DNA of 63,729 nucleotides, the filler included, from Aduncisulcus paluster (lineage: Eukaryota), in the NCBI GenBank assembly GCA_024181965.1. It is 5 parts of 5 records of this genome, joined end to end, with 100 filler letters (N's around TTAATTAATTAA, not from the genome) between each part and the next. Parts side by side here need not be neighbours in the genome. Positions count along the whole stretch, not along the records: positions 30,812 to 59,980 come from BQXS01010934.1; 4 more parts are not named here. One strand, given 5' to 3'. The translations under genes and the position numbers were made by a program. The notes under the pieces were generated by a model. It made no database searches. It was not told the DNA's origin and saw nothing but the letters and a program-made list of their open reading frames with translations. Each line of letters opens with the position of its first letter. Positions within the stretch are counted from its first letter, which is position 1. Shown here in pieces: positions 34,860-44,980 of this stretch.

Positions 34860-37023
34860 TTATCTTTTGATCCGTTTGATTTCATCTTCGCTAATACCAT
34901 CAGTATTTGTTTGACACCATTGAAGGATTGAAGAGAAAATAAACTCCTTTTGTTCGTGTTCACTTTGCCATATCATTTTCAAAACAGCCCTTATAGCAGC
35001 AATATCAACAGTTCCATCGCTATACATTTTTAACACACCAATGGCTGCTCCACGCTTCCCTTCCCAATTTTCTTTGCCAGGCATGATCTTGTCAAGCACG
35101 TCGAATGCCTTGCAAGCGTAAAGATAATGGCCACATGAGTAACATTCATTGGCAATAAGTTGAACAAGACGTTCATCAGCAGACCCTGCATTAAGATAAA
35201 CTCCCCAGGCTTTGACAGGGTTTCCATCACGAATCAGACTCTTAGCATACCATGCCCTGAACAAAAAGTCAGATCTGTAAGGGTGGTCCTCAGGAAGGAG
35301 TTCAAACGCGTTCACAGCCTTCCCGTAGTCCTCAAGCACAGCATAGGCCATACCAATATTCCAAGCGTAACTCTCGTCGTCATCAAGATACTCTCCAATA
35401 CTTTCCAGATATCTCACAGAAAGAGAATAGTTACCTTCGAGGAACAGATAAGAAGCCATCGATTGACGGCCAAGAATGGTATCTTTATCGTCGGGAGACT
35501 CACCGACAAGCTTGAAATCATCTTTAGCCAGCTCAACAAGATCATCACTCCCGCTGGCCTGTCCATGAGATGCAGCAACGATGCCTCGGAGGACATACTG
35601 TTGAGGATCACCAGGTTCAAAGTCTTTCATTACCTCCCAGGCTTCTTTTGTGTCGCCAGCATTAAGATAGAAAAGAGCGAGATTCATCCTGGCTTCTGGA
35701 ATACTGTCAAGCAGTCCAGGGAGGATAGAATCAGCATCCTCAGCATCCTTGAATATACAGAGGTTATGGACAATCATTGGATGAGTTGCCATATGGCTGT
35801 GACGCTTCACAAAGTCCTTGACACTGGCAACGGCATTGGATGACTCAGAACTCCTGTAGTCATTGCAAGCCATTAGCATGATGGTGGTGAGACTCTGAGC
35901 ACCTCCTGTAATCTCTTGGAATAGCTCTAATTGTTCCTCACATTGGTCGAAGAACTCGAGACGGTAGAAACACATGGCTTTGTACAACAAAAGAGCAGCA
36001 AACTCCTTCGTGGGGACGATCAATGACTCTTTTTCCTCGCTCTTGCTCGCACGAGTGGTATGGTCGGCACAGAAACGTTTGATCACACTGTCATAGGTCT
36101 TCACGGCTTCATCATAATGGGATCTCAGATAGTGGACGGAGGCAAGAGTAAGATGATCTTCCATAACATCCTCAAGAGATTTATGGAGACCCATCAGACG
36201 CTCTTCAGCAGCATCTCCTTTCATCTTGGCTGCCAAGTGGAACTCAAGACGAGTACGAAGGGAACACACTGGACACAAGGAGAGCCCTTCCTCAGCTTTA
36301 TCATACATTCCAAGGTAAAAGTAGCATATGCATCGGTATAAATGGAGTTTTTGAGTAAAAGCATGGTTATGAAAAGTGTCGCTTTCGCTATCATCAAACC
36401 GAGAACTATCCANNNNNNNNNNNNNNNNNNNNATGATCTTCCATAACATCCTCAAGAGATTTATGGAGACCCATCAGACGCTCTTCAGCAGCATCTCCTT
36501 TCATCTTGGCTGCCAAGTGGAACTCAAGACGAGTACGAAGGGAACACACTGGACACAAGGAGAGCCCTTCCTCAGCTTTATCATACATTCCAAGGTAAAA
36601 GTAGCATATGCATCGGTATAAATGGAGTTTTTGAGTAAAAGCATGGTTATGAAAAGTGTCGCTTTCGCTATCATCGAACCGAGAACTATCCATGGATTTC
36701 TCCTCGACTTCTTCAAGTAAGTTGGTATAAATACGTTCGGCATCTTGATATTTTCCAAGGTGAAAGAGACAATATCCAACCCAAAGCTTTAAAATAAAAG
36801 GATCACGTAATTCTTCCAAGGAAGGATCAACATCTTCAACATCGATTCCCCTAGATTTCAAATTCCTAATAAAATTAGCGCAAAATCTTAATAATGTATA
36901 AGCTCCGAGGAAATCCCTTTTTTCCAAGAAATCTTCGAGCTTAGGAAATCTTTCAGTATCCTTCGCTAATATTTCTTTTTTAGACGGTCTAGACCGTCCT
37001 AATGTCATTCTTGCATGCATCAT
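34860..37023 (-). CDS. IFT56: Intraflagellar transport protein IFT56 (TTC26/DYF-13), ~627 aa after removing the assembly overlap
   Basis: PKLEDFLEKRDFLGAYTLL, LTLASVHYLRSHYDEA, PEARMNLALFYL, DTILGRQSMAS and LIANECY...KAFDVLD...WEGKRGA. Split by gap 36413-36432; merged length 1884 nt. Confidence 0.95.
36153..36692. repeat. Assembly overlap duplication around gap 36413-36432
   Basis: 36153-36412 repeats as 36433-36692 with one synonymous SNP (Phe TTT/TTC). Confidence 0.95.
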
Positions 37024-37368
37024 TTTTCAAAATTATGTAGTTTTGTGATGGCCTTTCTCTCAATTAAGACAAAACCGCACAATATTTTGTATCTTCCCCC
37101 ATCAATCATATCCATGGCAAAATAAAAGTATTTCAAGATTATCATATGTTTATTATATGAATTTAATTCAATTATACCATGTAAATCCAAAAGGTCGCCA
37201 CCTAAAGGTGTTTCACTTCCCTAGCATCGCTGCATATGTTTATACAGATGAAATAAATTAAAACGATTATAATCGTTAAATTAGAGATAAATATTGCTCT
37301 AAAATTTGCAAAATATTAACGATATATGGTGCAGCGATAAAGTTATGATTTGTAATCGTAATTAATCA

Positions 37369-38087
37369 ATGCCACCAAAAAAAGGGAAGGAAAAGGGAAA
37401 TAAGAAAGATAATGGTGCTGAGGGTATGTATTATTTTTTGTCAATCTAATATGCTAACGCTTTAGTTTTCTGTCATGTTAAATCTCTAATTCTTTGAATA
37501 TCAATGTTTTAAATTTTCTTCCCGCTCACGTTATTCCATGATTCCCCATTATATTTCTTGTTTTAGAATCTTTGGAGGAACCTATCCCAGAATCAGGAGA
37601 AGGTATTTTCCATTTCCCCAATGGTCGTTATGAGGGAGATTACATGACCATTGGAAGTGGTGATGAAGCACGTAAAGTTAGACATGGAAAAGGAACTCAT
37701 TATGTATTCGCTGAGCTTTCCACACCTGAGGCTCCTTCAAAATCAAAGAAAGGAACAGATAAGAAAAAGGGTCACGATGAAGTTCCTGAAGACCAAAAGG
37801 CCGAAAAGGATCCTTTGTGTATTTTCGAAGGCATGTGGGCTGAGGATATCTTCAAAGAAGGAACAATTAGATATCAAAATGGAAGTGAATATCATGGGAA
37901 ACTTTCTATGGAAGGGGAGTATCAGTCGGGAGGTTCATATACTTGGGCTTCTGGTGAGAAATATGTTGGAGCATGGGAAGGAAATGTTATGCATGGTGTT
38001 GGAATGTATGTTGATTCTGAAGGAAAGGAATGGAAAGGAATATTCAATCATGGAGAGGGTCCCGGGTTATATAATGAAGAAGAATAG
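37369..38087 (+). CDS. MORN-repeat protein (MORN2-like); spliced (exon 1 37369-37423, exon 2 37567-38087)
   Basis: MPPKKGKEKG... exon joins in frame to ESLEEPIPESGEGIFHFPNGRYEGD; MORN repeats RHGKGT and YVGAWEGNVMHGVGMY. Confidence 0.85.
37424..37566 (+). other. Spliceosomal intron, 143 nt, phase 1
   Basis: GTATGT donor and TTGTTTTAG acceptor; supplies an ATG start for an ORF called from TTG in the track. Confidence 0.8.
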
Positions 38088-38214
38088 AATACTTAGTTAG
38101 GTTAAATTCAAGGATGTATACATTTTAAATATTACAATAAATTGTTATTATTAGTATGTTGTTGTTTCACATGCCCGTTTTGGACGAGTTATACAACTCT
38201 CTTTCCAATATATT

Positions 38215-39780
38215 ATGTTTCTTGTTGTATATTTTACTGAATATGGTGAAATAATTGAAAAGGTGCGCTCTTTATCCGTAGAAGATGCCGCATTTAGTAA
38301 TTTTGGTTTATTGGGATCTTTACGCCCTTCTACTGGACAAGGGGAACTATTTTCAGTTAAAACCCGAGAAATATCAATGGATAAAAGTTGCATAATGTTT
38401 TACGAATTCGAGAATATTCTTTCTGCTTGCCTCTCATCTTATCGTGGAAGCATATGTAATTGGTTTCAACAAGTCCTTGTAACTCTTCCTTTAACATGTT
38501 GTTTTATTATTCATGGAAAAGATATATTTGTATCTCCTTCAGAATCTGAGAAAGGCAAGAATTCAATTGCTTTAAGTGAGGCCCTCAAAAAAGCCAGAAT
38601 GAACTTTATTATAACGAAATCATATTACACACTATTATTATTCGGAATAGAATCATTATCACATACTCTTTCCACCATTCTTGAAATCCACCATTTCCCC
38701 CTGTTGGACAAATCAATATATTCTGCTTCTTTGGGTTATGTAAATGAAATTCTTGACTCTATTGGTAGTAAGCGTGGATGTCTTGTTTATATTCCTTCCC
38801 ATTCAATTGTGGCAGCCTCTGAAGGTTGGATTGGGCTTCATCCTCTCGAAAGTAGAATATCGATATATAGTGTGTGTAATGCATTTGAAAGCAACGATAA
38901 GACACGGGTGTATATGCATGAACTCCCAGTATGTCTTGTTCTTTCATCATCCAGCGCCGTCACTCTTCGTCTTGTTTCTTTCAGAATATCTCCATGTCTT
39001 TGCTTTTGTTCCCTTGTTGGGATGAAAATGACCCTTCTAGAAATCGGTTGTGCTGTCTCATCTATCGCCATTCCACCAAACTTGGGTGAACTTGCTGTTC
39101 GTCGTCTTCGTTCACGTTGTTGTGATCGGTTGCTTATAAGAAGGGATTCTTCTCGATTAAACCCTGATCAAATTGGGGAAATATACGATAGAAAACCACA
39201 TTCAAGGCTTAAAATAGGGGAAAAAGGTGGGTATTTCCATGGGAATTATTTAGAAATTTTACCAAAATCTTTGGATCAAAGAGTTTTATATCATGCTATT
39301 TTCTACAAATCTACGCGTGGAATGGAGATGTTTACTATCAAAGATCTAAATTTAGTCGATTTTGTCCGAGATTTGGAATTGGAATCAGATTTTCAGAAGC
39401 ATTATGACGATTTCCTTTCTAAATTATATGAATTCATCGAATCAACAGTAACAAATTGCATTAATAAGGTATTTTCCGATAATCATGAATTTACATTATG
39501 GAATTTTCTCAAGAATCACTCTTCCTTGTATTGTTATGATAAAAAACGTGTTATTGGGAAAGATGGACTAGTTTGGGGGAATATATTACGTCCGTTGTTG
39601 GCCATTCCTGTTTTTAATATCGATAGGGACGATCAGTTCATCTGGTGTATGAAATCTGAGAAGGCCGGAAGAGTCCATATTATTGTCACAGATTCGTGTG
39701 CTTCATTAGGCCAAGGTATTAAGCTCATTAACTCAAATCTTCAAAAAGTAGCCGAACATACACATTTATTTGCTCGATAA
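38215..39780 (+). CDS. FUZ: Fuzzy-like tri-longin protein (CPLANE / Inturned-Fuzzy complex subunit)
   Basis: IVAASEGWIGL...ELPVCL...SSSAVTLRLVSFRISPCLCFCSLVG resembles the Fuzzy longin-2 pattern VVAATEGWWRL...DYPVYLP.GSP.VP.RL+...L.LCLLCG; also GLLGSL and LLLFGIESL. Confidence 0.7.
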   Translation: MFLVVYFTEYGEIIEKVRSLSVEDAAFSNFGLLGSLRPSTGQGELFSVKTREISMDKSCIMFYEFENILSACLSSYRGSICNWFQQVLVTLPLTCCFIIHGKDIFVSPSESEKGKNSIALSEALKKARMNFIITKSYYTLLLFGIESLSHTLSTILEIHHFPLLDKSIYSASLGYVNEILDSIGSKRGCLVYIPSHSIVAASEGWIGLHPLESRISIYSVCNAFESNDKTRVYMHELPVCLVLSSSSAVTLRLVSFRISPCLCFCSLVGMKMTLLEIGCAVSSIAIPPNLGELAVRRLRSRCCDRLLIRRDSSRLNPDQIGEIYDRKPHSRLKIGEKGGYFHGNYLEILPKSLDQRVLYHAIFYKSTRGMEMFTIKDLNLVDFVRDLELESDFQKHYDDFLSKLYEFIESTVTNCINKVFSDNHEFTLWNFLKNHSSLYCYDKKRVIGKDGLVWGNILRPLLAIPVFNIDRDDQFIWCMKSEKAGRVHIIVTDSCASLGQGIKLINSNLQKVAEHTHLFAR

Positions 39781-40007
39781 TTCAATGAATAACATAATAT
39801 AATTCATAGAAATTGATCGAAAACAGATTATCTAAAACTGTTTTGTAGGGAGTGCATGTATGAAATAATATCACAGATATATCGACCTATTTTATATTAT
39901 TACTCTTGAACTTACTCAAAAATAAAGCAATATTGTCCATATTGAGCTGGAATTTGATACATCTTTGAGCCGGTTTGTTTGCACCTTTCATCGAAAATAA
40001 TTCAACT

Positions 40008-40394
40008 CTATTCCAATGTTTTTAATGTTTTCTCAAATAAAACTTTCCTAACGGCTTCAAGACAGGTGCCAATTGGCTCACCTTGTTCGTCCATAACTTT
40101 TTCGGCCCAACCATGTGATTCTCCAAGAGATTGGAGAGCTTTCAATCTTTCAACATATAAATTTCGCTCAGATATAAGTCCTGTATAAGCCATTCGTAAT
40201 AATTGATTATGTTCAGCAACCTCTCGTTTTGTAATAATAGCTTTCTCTAATGTTTCTTTTAGAAGTTGGGCTCTTTCATCACCCGTTTCTTTATAGATTT
40301 CAGTTAATTCAGGAACCAATTGTGCTGCTTCACGCCATCTAGTTGAAGGTATTTTCGGCGAATCGTGCGGTTTTGCTCCAGATGAGTCAGACAT
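40008..40394 (-). CDS. Small protein with EB1 C-terminal (EBH)-like coiled-coil motif and no CH domain
   Basis: LRMAYTGLISERNLYVERLKALQSL...CLEAVRKVLFE parallels EB1 LKLTVEDLEKERDFYFGKLRNIE...LQRIVDILYA. Confidence 0.55.
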   Translation of the reverse strand: MSDSSGAKPHDSPKIPSTRWREAAQLVPELTEIYKETGDERAQLLKETLEKAIITKREVAEHNQLLRMAYTGLISERNLYVERLKALQSLGESHGWAEKVMDEQGEPIGTCLEAVRKVLFEKTLKTLE

Positions 40395-40848
40395 TTAAAA
40401 TTTGAAACAAATGATGTGTAAAAATAAATATAGTTAAAAATTAATTATTATTATGAAGATAAGAGAATTACTAAATTCTCTCAAAAGGGTCAAAAGCTGA
40501 AGCCTTTTCTAAACACTTCTACACACCAATATTCGAACTAGAAGGAGATAAAATCCACAATAAATTGAGAAATTTAGAAATATCATGTTATTTATTTTGG
40601 ATAGTACAATTTGAATGGCCTGGAGAGTTATCGATTTTCTTTTTGAGCCTCACAAAAGCCTCAATGGATAGTATCCAGTCACATACAATATATATTCTTC
40701 AAAATGCATTGTTAATCAAGAGCATAATACAGTTATTATAAAAAACCCACTGTTGAATCACAATAGAGTTGGGCCGTATAAGCCCAACAAACAATACATT
40801 TATTCAACATATCATCCAAGTGAATCAAAATTTGATAAATTAACCGAG

Positions 40849-42672
40849 TTACTCATGGTATTGACTACGGGTGGGCTGCCCAGTTGGCTGTCCAAGAGTC
40901 GTGTAGGAAGGAGCATTGGGGTTGAATTGGTAGAAAGTCCGACCAGGGAGAGAAGGTTGAGTTGAGGGGTGGGAAGAGAGATCATAAGCCATAGGTTGAG
41001 TTGGGAGCTCGTCAGTCCTTGATTGTCCCTGCTGAGAGGCCTGGGGCAAAGTGGTGAATGGCATGCTTCCACCAGGCATGTAATGGGGGAATCTCATGTA
41101 TTGGGGAGGTTGGTGAGGGGCCTGATGAGGCTGGGAGTGGACATGGGAAGAAGATGGGTGTCCAGTAGGCTGACCAAGGGAAACGGGAGCATGAGTGTGA
41201 ACAGAAGCGGAAGGATGTTGAGGACGGCTAGGTTCCTCACGACCAGGGGCACTGGGAGACTGTTGCATACCGGGGAACATGAAAGGCATTCCCATAGGGA
41301 AGTAGTAAGGATAACCAGGCATCTGGCCCATGAAATAAGCTGNNNNNNNNNNNNNNNNNNNNAATGGGGGAATCTCATGTATTGGGGAGGTTGGTGAGGG
41401 GCCTGATGAGGCTGGGAGTGGACATGGGAAGAAGATGGGTGTCCAGTAGGCTGACCAAGGGAAACGGGAGCATGAGTGTGAACAGAAGCGGAAGGATGTT
41501 GAGGACGGCTAGGTTCCTCACGACCAGGGGCACTGGGAGACTGTTGCATACCGGGGAACATGAAAGGCATTCCCATAGGGAAGTAGTAAGGATAACCAGG
41601 CATCTGGCCCATGAAATAAGCTGGGTGAGTCATACCAGGCATAACACCGGGCTGCGAAGCGGGGGAAGTCCCCATAGCTGTTTGAACACCAGACGAGGAG
41701 GTGGTTGGGATAACCTTGGGAGGAGGGGTCGATGTGGAGGCTTCAACATGGAGGGTAGTAGGAACGGTGGGAACGGTGGGAACGGTGGGAACAGATGTGA
41801 CAGAGGGAACAACAGGAGCAAGATCAGGCATAGGTTGGGGACCAGTGGAGGCTTCAGCAGTACGTTGTATAGGTCTAGTCTCCGGTTCTTCCTCTTCTTC
41901 CTCTTCTTCTTTCCTCCTCCTCTTCTTCCTCTTCCTCAGGTTCAACCTTCTCTTCAGGGAGCTCTTCTTTCTCTTCAGGAAGAGTGACGAGTTCTTCTTC
42001 CTTCTTCTCTTCAGGGAGTTCAATAGGAGTTTCTACAATGGGTTCCTCAATATCCTTGACGACAGGTTCTTCAACCTTGAGTTCTTCAATTTTCTCAGGA
42101 ATATCATGCTTAACTTCTGGTTTTTTCTCAGGTTTAGGTTGAGATACAGGTTTTCTCCTTGGTTCTCTCTTGGGAACAGGCTTGGGAGCAGGCTTATCAA
42201 CAAGAGGATTGAATGAACCCCAACCAGAAACATTTTTAAGCGATTTTTCAGTAATAGGAACAACATGAGCGCGAGGTTTCTCAGCAACATATGGTTTTTC
42301 ATGAGTAGAAGACCCATCATCATATTTTTCAGAAGGTTGATCAATCGAAGAAGCTTTGTATGGACGGAATGGAGCTGAATGACTATATCTCTTTCCAGTC
42401 GAACGACGATCTCTACCACGAACCTGTTTTTCTTCAGAAGTTGAAGATTGACCACGTTTTTTCACTTCTTTGAATCTATATTTCTCTGGATGATCATAAA
42501 AAGTTTGAATAGCTTTCTCAACGTTCCAATTACAATCTTCTAACAAAAATCTTGCGTAATCTTGAGCCAAATGGGTGACATCACTCACTTGTTTGAGGAA
42601 TTGCGCCTCTTTCTTAGCATCCAATCCAGAACCAGATCTAGATTCAAATCCACTAATCTTGGGTATTTCCAT
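40849..42672 (-). CDS. UBA/CUE-like N-terminus, acidic tract, Pro/Gln-rich region and C-terminal PAM2-like motif (Def1/UBAP2/GIP1-like architecture), ~513 aa; 1-nt frameshift near 41911
   Basis: FLKQVSDVT...ARFLLEDCNWNVEKAIQTFYD...FKEVKKR and QFNPNAPSY. Three ORFs merge after removing overlap+gap (281 nt) and one extra base, giving 1542 nt. Confidence 0.65.
41082..41623. repeat. Assembly overlap duplication around gap 41343-41362
   Basis: 41082-41342 repeats as 41363-41623 (261 bp). Confidence 0.95.
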
Positions 42673-43563
42673 TGTTATTTTTTAAATATGTATCCTTTAG
42701 GTATACGGGAGCGTCCAAAAAACCTGAGTTGTTTTCTTTCTCAGGACACCACTATTTTTGTAGCTTCAATCAAGCAAAAAAACAAAATATTATATAAAAT
42801 ATAGTGTAATATAATTCTTTTCTTCATTTATTCTTATTTGCATTTTCCTGAATCAATTGATTGCAGGAGAATGGTATCAATTTGGATTAATACGTAATAA
42901 TAAATATATTATGATTAATTTTTTGCTTAAAAATAATTACAGGTAACAAGAATATATTTAAATATTATTTGAACAGCTATTTCAGTGATTAATGAGTGAA
43001 AGTTGTAAGGAGGGAAATTTTAACAGTTTTAAGTATCCGGAAAATAAATGACATCGATAGAGAGTTATTATCAAGAATTCGTTTCTATAAATCTTATATT
43101 TCCTATCCAGTAAAGTGATAAGGTAAAAATCTAAAAAAAAATGGCACAAATATCAACCAATCAATGAAAATATCATTCTTTTGAATTCAAAAGAGGTTGA
43201 TATATTGATATTCAGTATTCAACCCAATCATTTTTCTAATATGAAATTTCTAATACAACTTGTATTATCACATTCGGAATATGAAGTAGGATAAAAAATT
43301 AAGTGCTGATCAATCCTTTTGAGAAGTATAATAATTGATTCATTGGGAAATATGCCATTATTCGCAATGAGTTCCGAGGAAAACCGTGATTTTTGTTAAC
43401 TTTCCAACTCTTGGTATAGACCAAGTATATTTATAATAAATAATATTAAAAGATATTATTTACTTCATTTATCGTGTTTAATACTCCTGTATAAGTCAAA
43501 TAATGAATTTCTGGGATCCGTTCCGTTCTGGTTCATACCTAATATATCCATATTAATTAATTA

Positions 43564-44481
43564 ATGGAAGAACAGAGTTCCCTTGTAAAACAAGCCAAAT
43601 TTTATAGAAAACAAGTGAAAGCATTGCATGAAGATATTTACAAGAAAGCATATCACTCAATGAAAGTGGGATTACCTCAAGCTGTTCTTGACCTTGAATC
43701 GTTAATGAAAGAGAATTTTCTGCTTCAAGAAGGCTTTGCTCAGAGGTATGCTCTTGAATTAAAGCGTATTATCCTTGCTGGTTGGATTGATGAGAAGTCC
43801 CTTGATCAATTGGAAAAAGATCTCCCTCCACTTACAATTCCTATTCCAATTGCATCTAAAGAGCTACTTTCTACAAAAATTGGTGATAAAACCATAAAAG
43901 ATATCACTTTGTCAAAACCAAGATCTATTCCCACTTCTGATTCAGAAAAAGTTCTAATTGCCACTAAAGAAGACATTTCGATAGCTCATTTACCCCAAGC
44001 CTCCCAAGATATGCTTGAATCATGGCGTGTAGCTCTTTTGAAAGATGTGACAAAGCCTATTGTTGCTCTGTATGATGAACTGAAAGAAAAGGTTGTAAAA
44101 ATGGTTGATATTATCAATTCGATGAAGATGATGCTGCAATTACGTCTCCCAAAGATGGAAGGTGGGGAAGATTTTAGTATTTCCGTTCAGACTGGATTCC
44201 TTTCTGAACTAGCTTCGGCCGAGGACGCTATCCTTTTATTAAAGCGTGAAGCTCTCCAATATCATTTATCCCGTGGTAAATTGGTTGCTAAGTTGGAGAA
44301 AATGCCGACAATTCGGGACATGTACATGGTGATAATCTCTTTTGAGGAGAAGAAGCTTGAAGAATTCCGCTCCAATGTATCAGAGATCAAGAACCTTTTG
44401 TTGATTATGTTTGACCAACTTACAAAGAATGAAGAATTCATATTGAAGGTTCATAAACCCAAGAGAATCCTTGGAATGTGA
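43564..44481 (+). CDS. Proteasome activator PA28/11S (REG-gamma/PSME3-like)
   Basis: MKMMLQLRLPKMEGGEDFSISVQ (cf. KMWVQLLIPRIEDGNNFGVSIQ), YHLSRGKLVAKLEKMP...D, and DQLTKNEEFILK. Confidence 0.88.
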   Translation: MEEQSSLVKQAKFYRKQVKALHEDIYKKAYHSMKVGLPQAVLDLESLMKENFLLQEGFAQRYALELKRIILAGWIDEKSLDQLEKDLPPLTIPIPIASKELLSTKIGDKTIKDITLSKPRSIPTSDSEKVLIATKEDISIAHLPQASQDMLESWRVALLKDVTKPIVALYDELKEKVVKMVDIINSMKMMLQLRLPKMEGGEDFSISVQTGFLSELASAEDAILLLKREALQYHLSRGKLVAKLEKMPTIRDMYMVIISFEEKKLEEFRSNVSEIKNLLLIMFDQLTKNEEFILKVHKPKRILGM

Positions 44482-44980
44482 TTATCCCTATTCACTTTCT
44501 GCAATATATTGAAGTGAACGTCCATCATCACAACATATATATATATATATATATTCGTCATACCATATGAAGGAGTCCTAATACTCCGATTCGCACTGTG
44601 CGATTCGCTGTGGTTTCCAAGTCAGATTTCTCAGTTCTCAATGGTTAAGGTTTGTTTTATTGATTATTCTCCCCATTTTTTCTTCCACCGAAGTCTTAAA
44701 ATGTCAATAATAATAGACAACTGAGAACTCGTTTTTCGAGATACCTTCTCTTTAGTCTCATTGATATGATTAGTGACTAATCCGCCAAATATAAGAGTTT
44801 GGTGGAAGTCTAATCGTATGAAAATAGGATAAAATAAACTGATATCAGTGATATTGAACAATAAAGAATTTCGGCTACTTGCCGGTAATACCGGTTGATG
44901 CCGGTGGCCATCACAATTGATTAATCACTGAATAGAGTTATAAAATTAAATTAAATGATTTAAATTAAATCAAACATAAT

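Noticed and set aside
43553-43564. TTAATTAATTAA identical to the linker core just before the PA28 ATG
   Set aside because: No flanking Ns; ordinary AT-rich start context.
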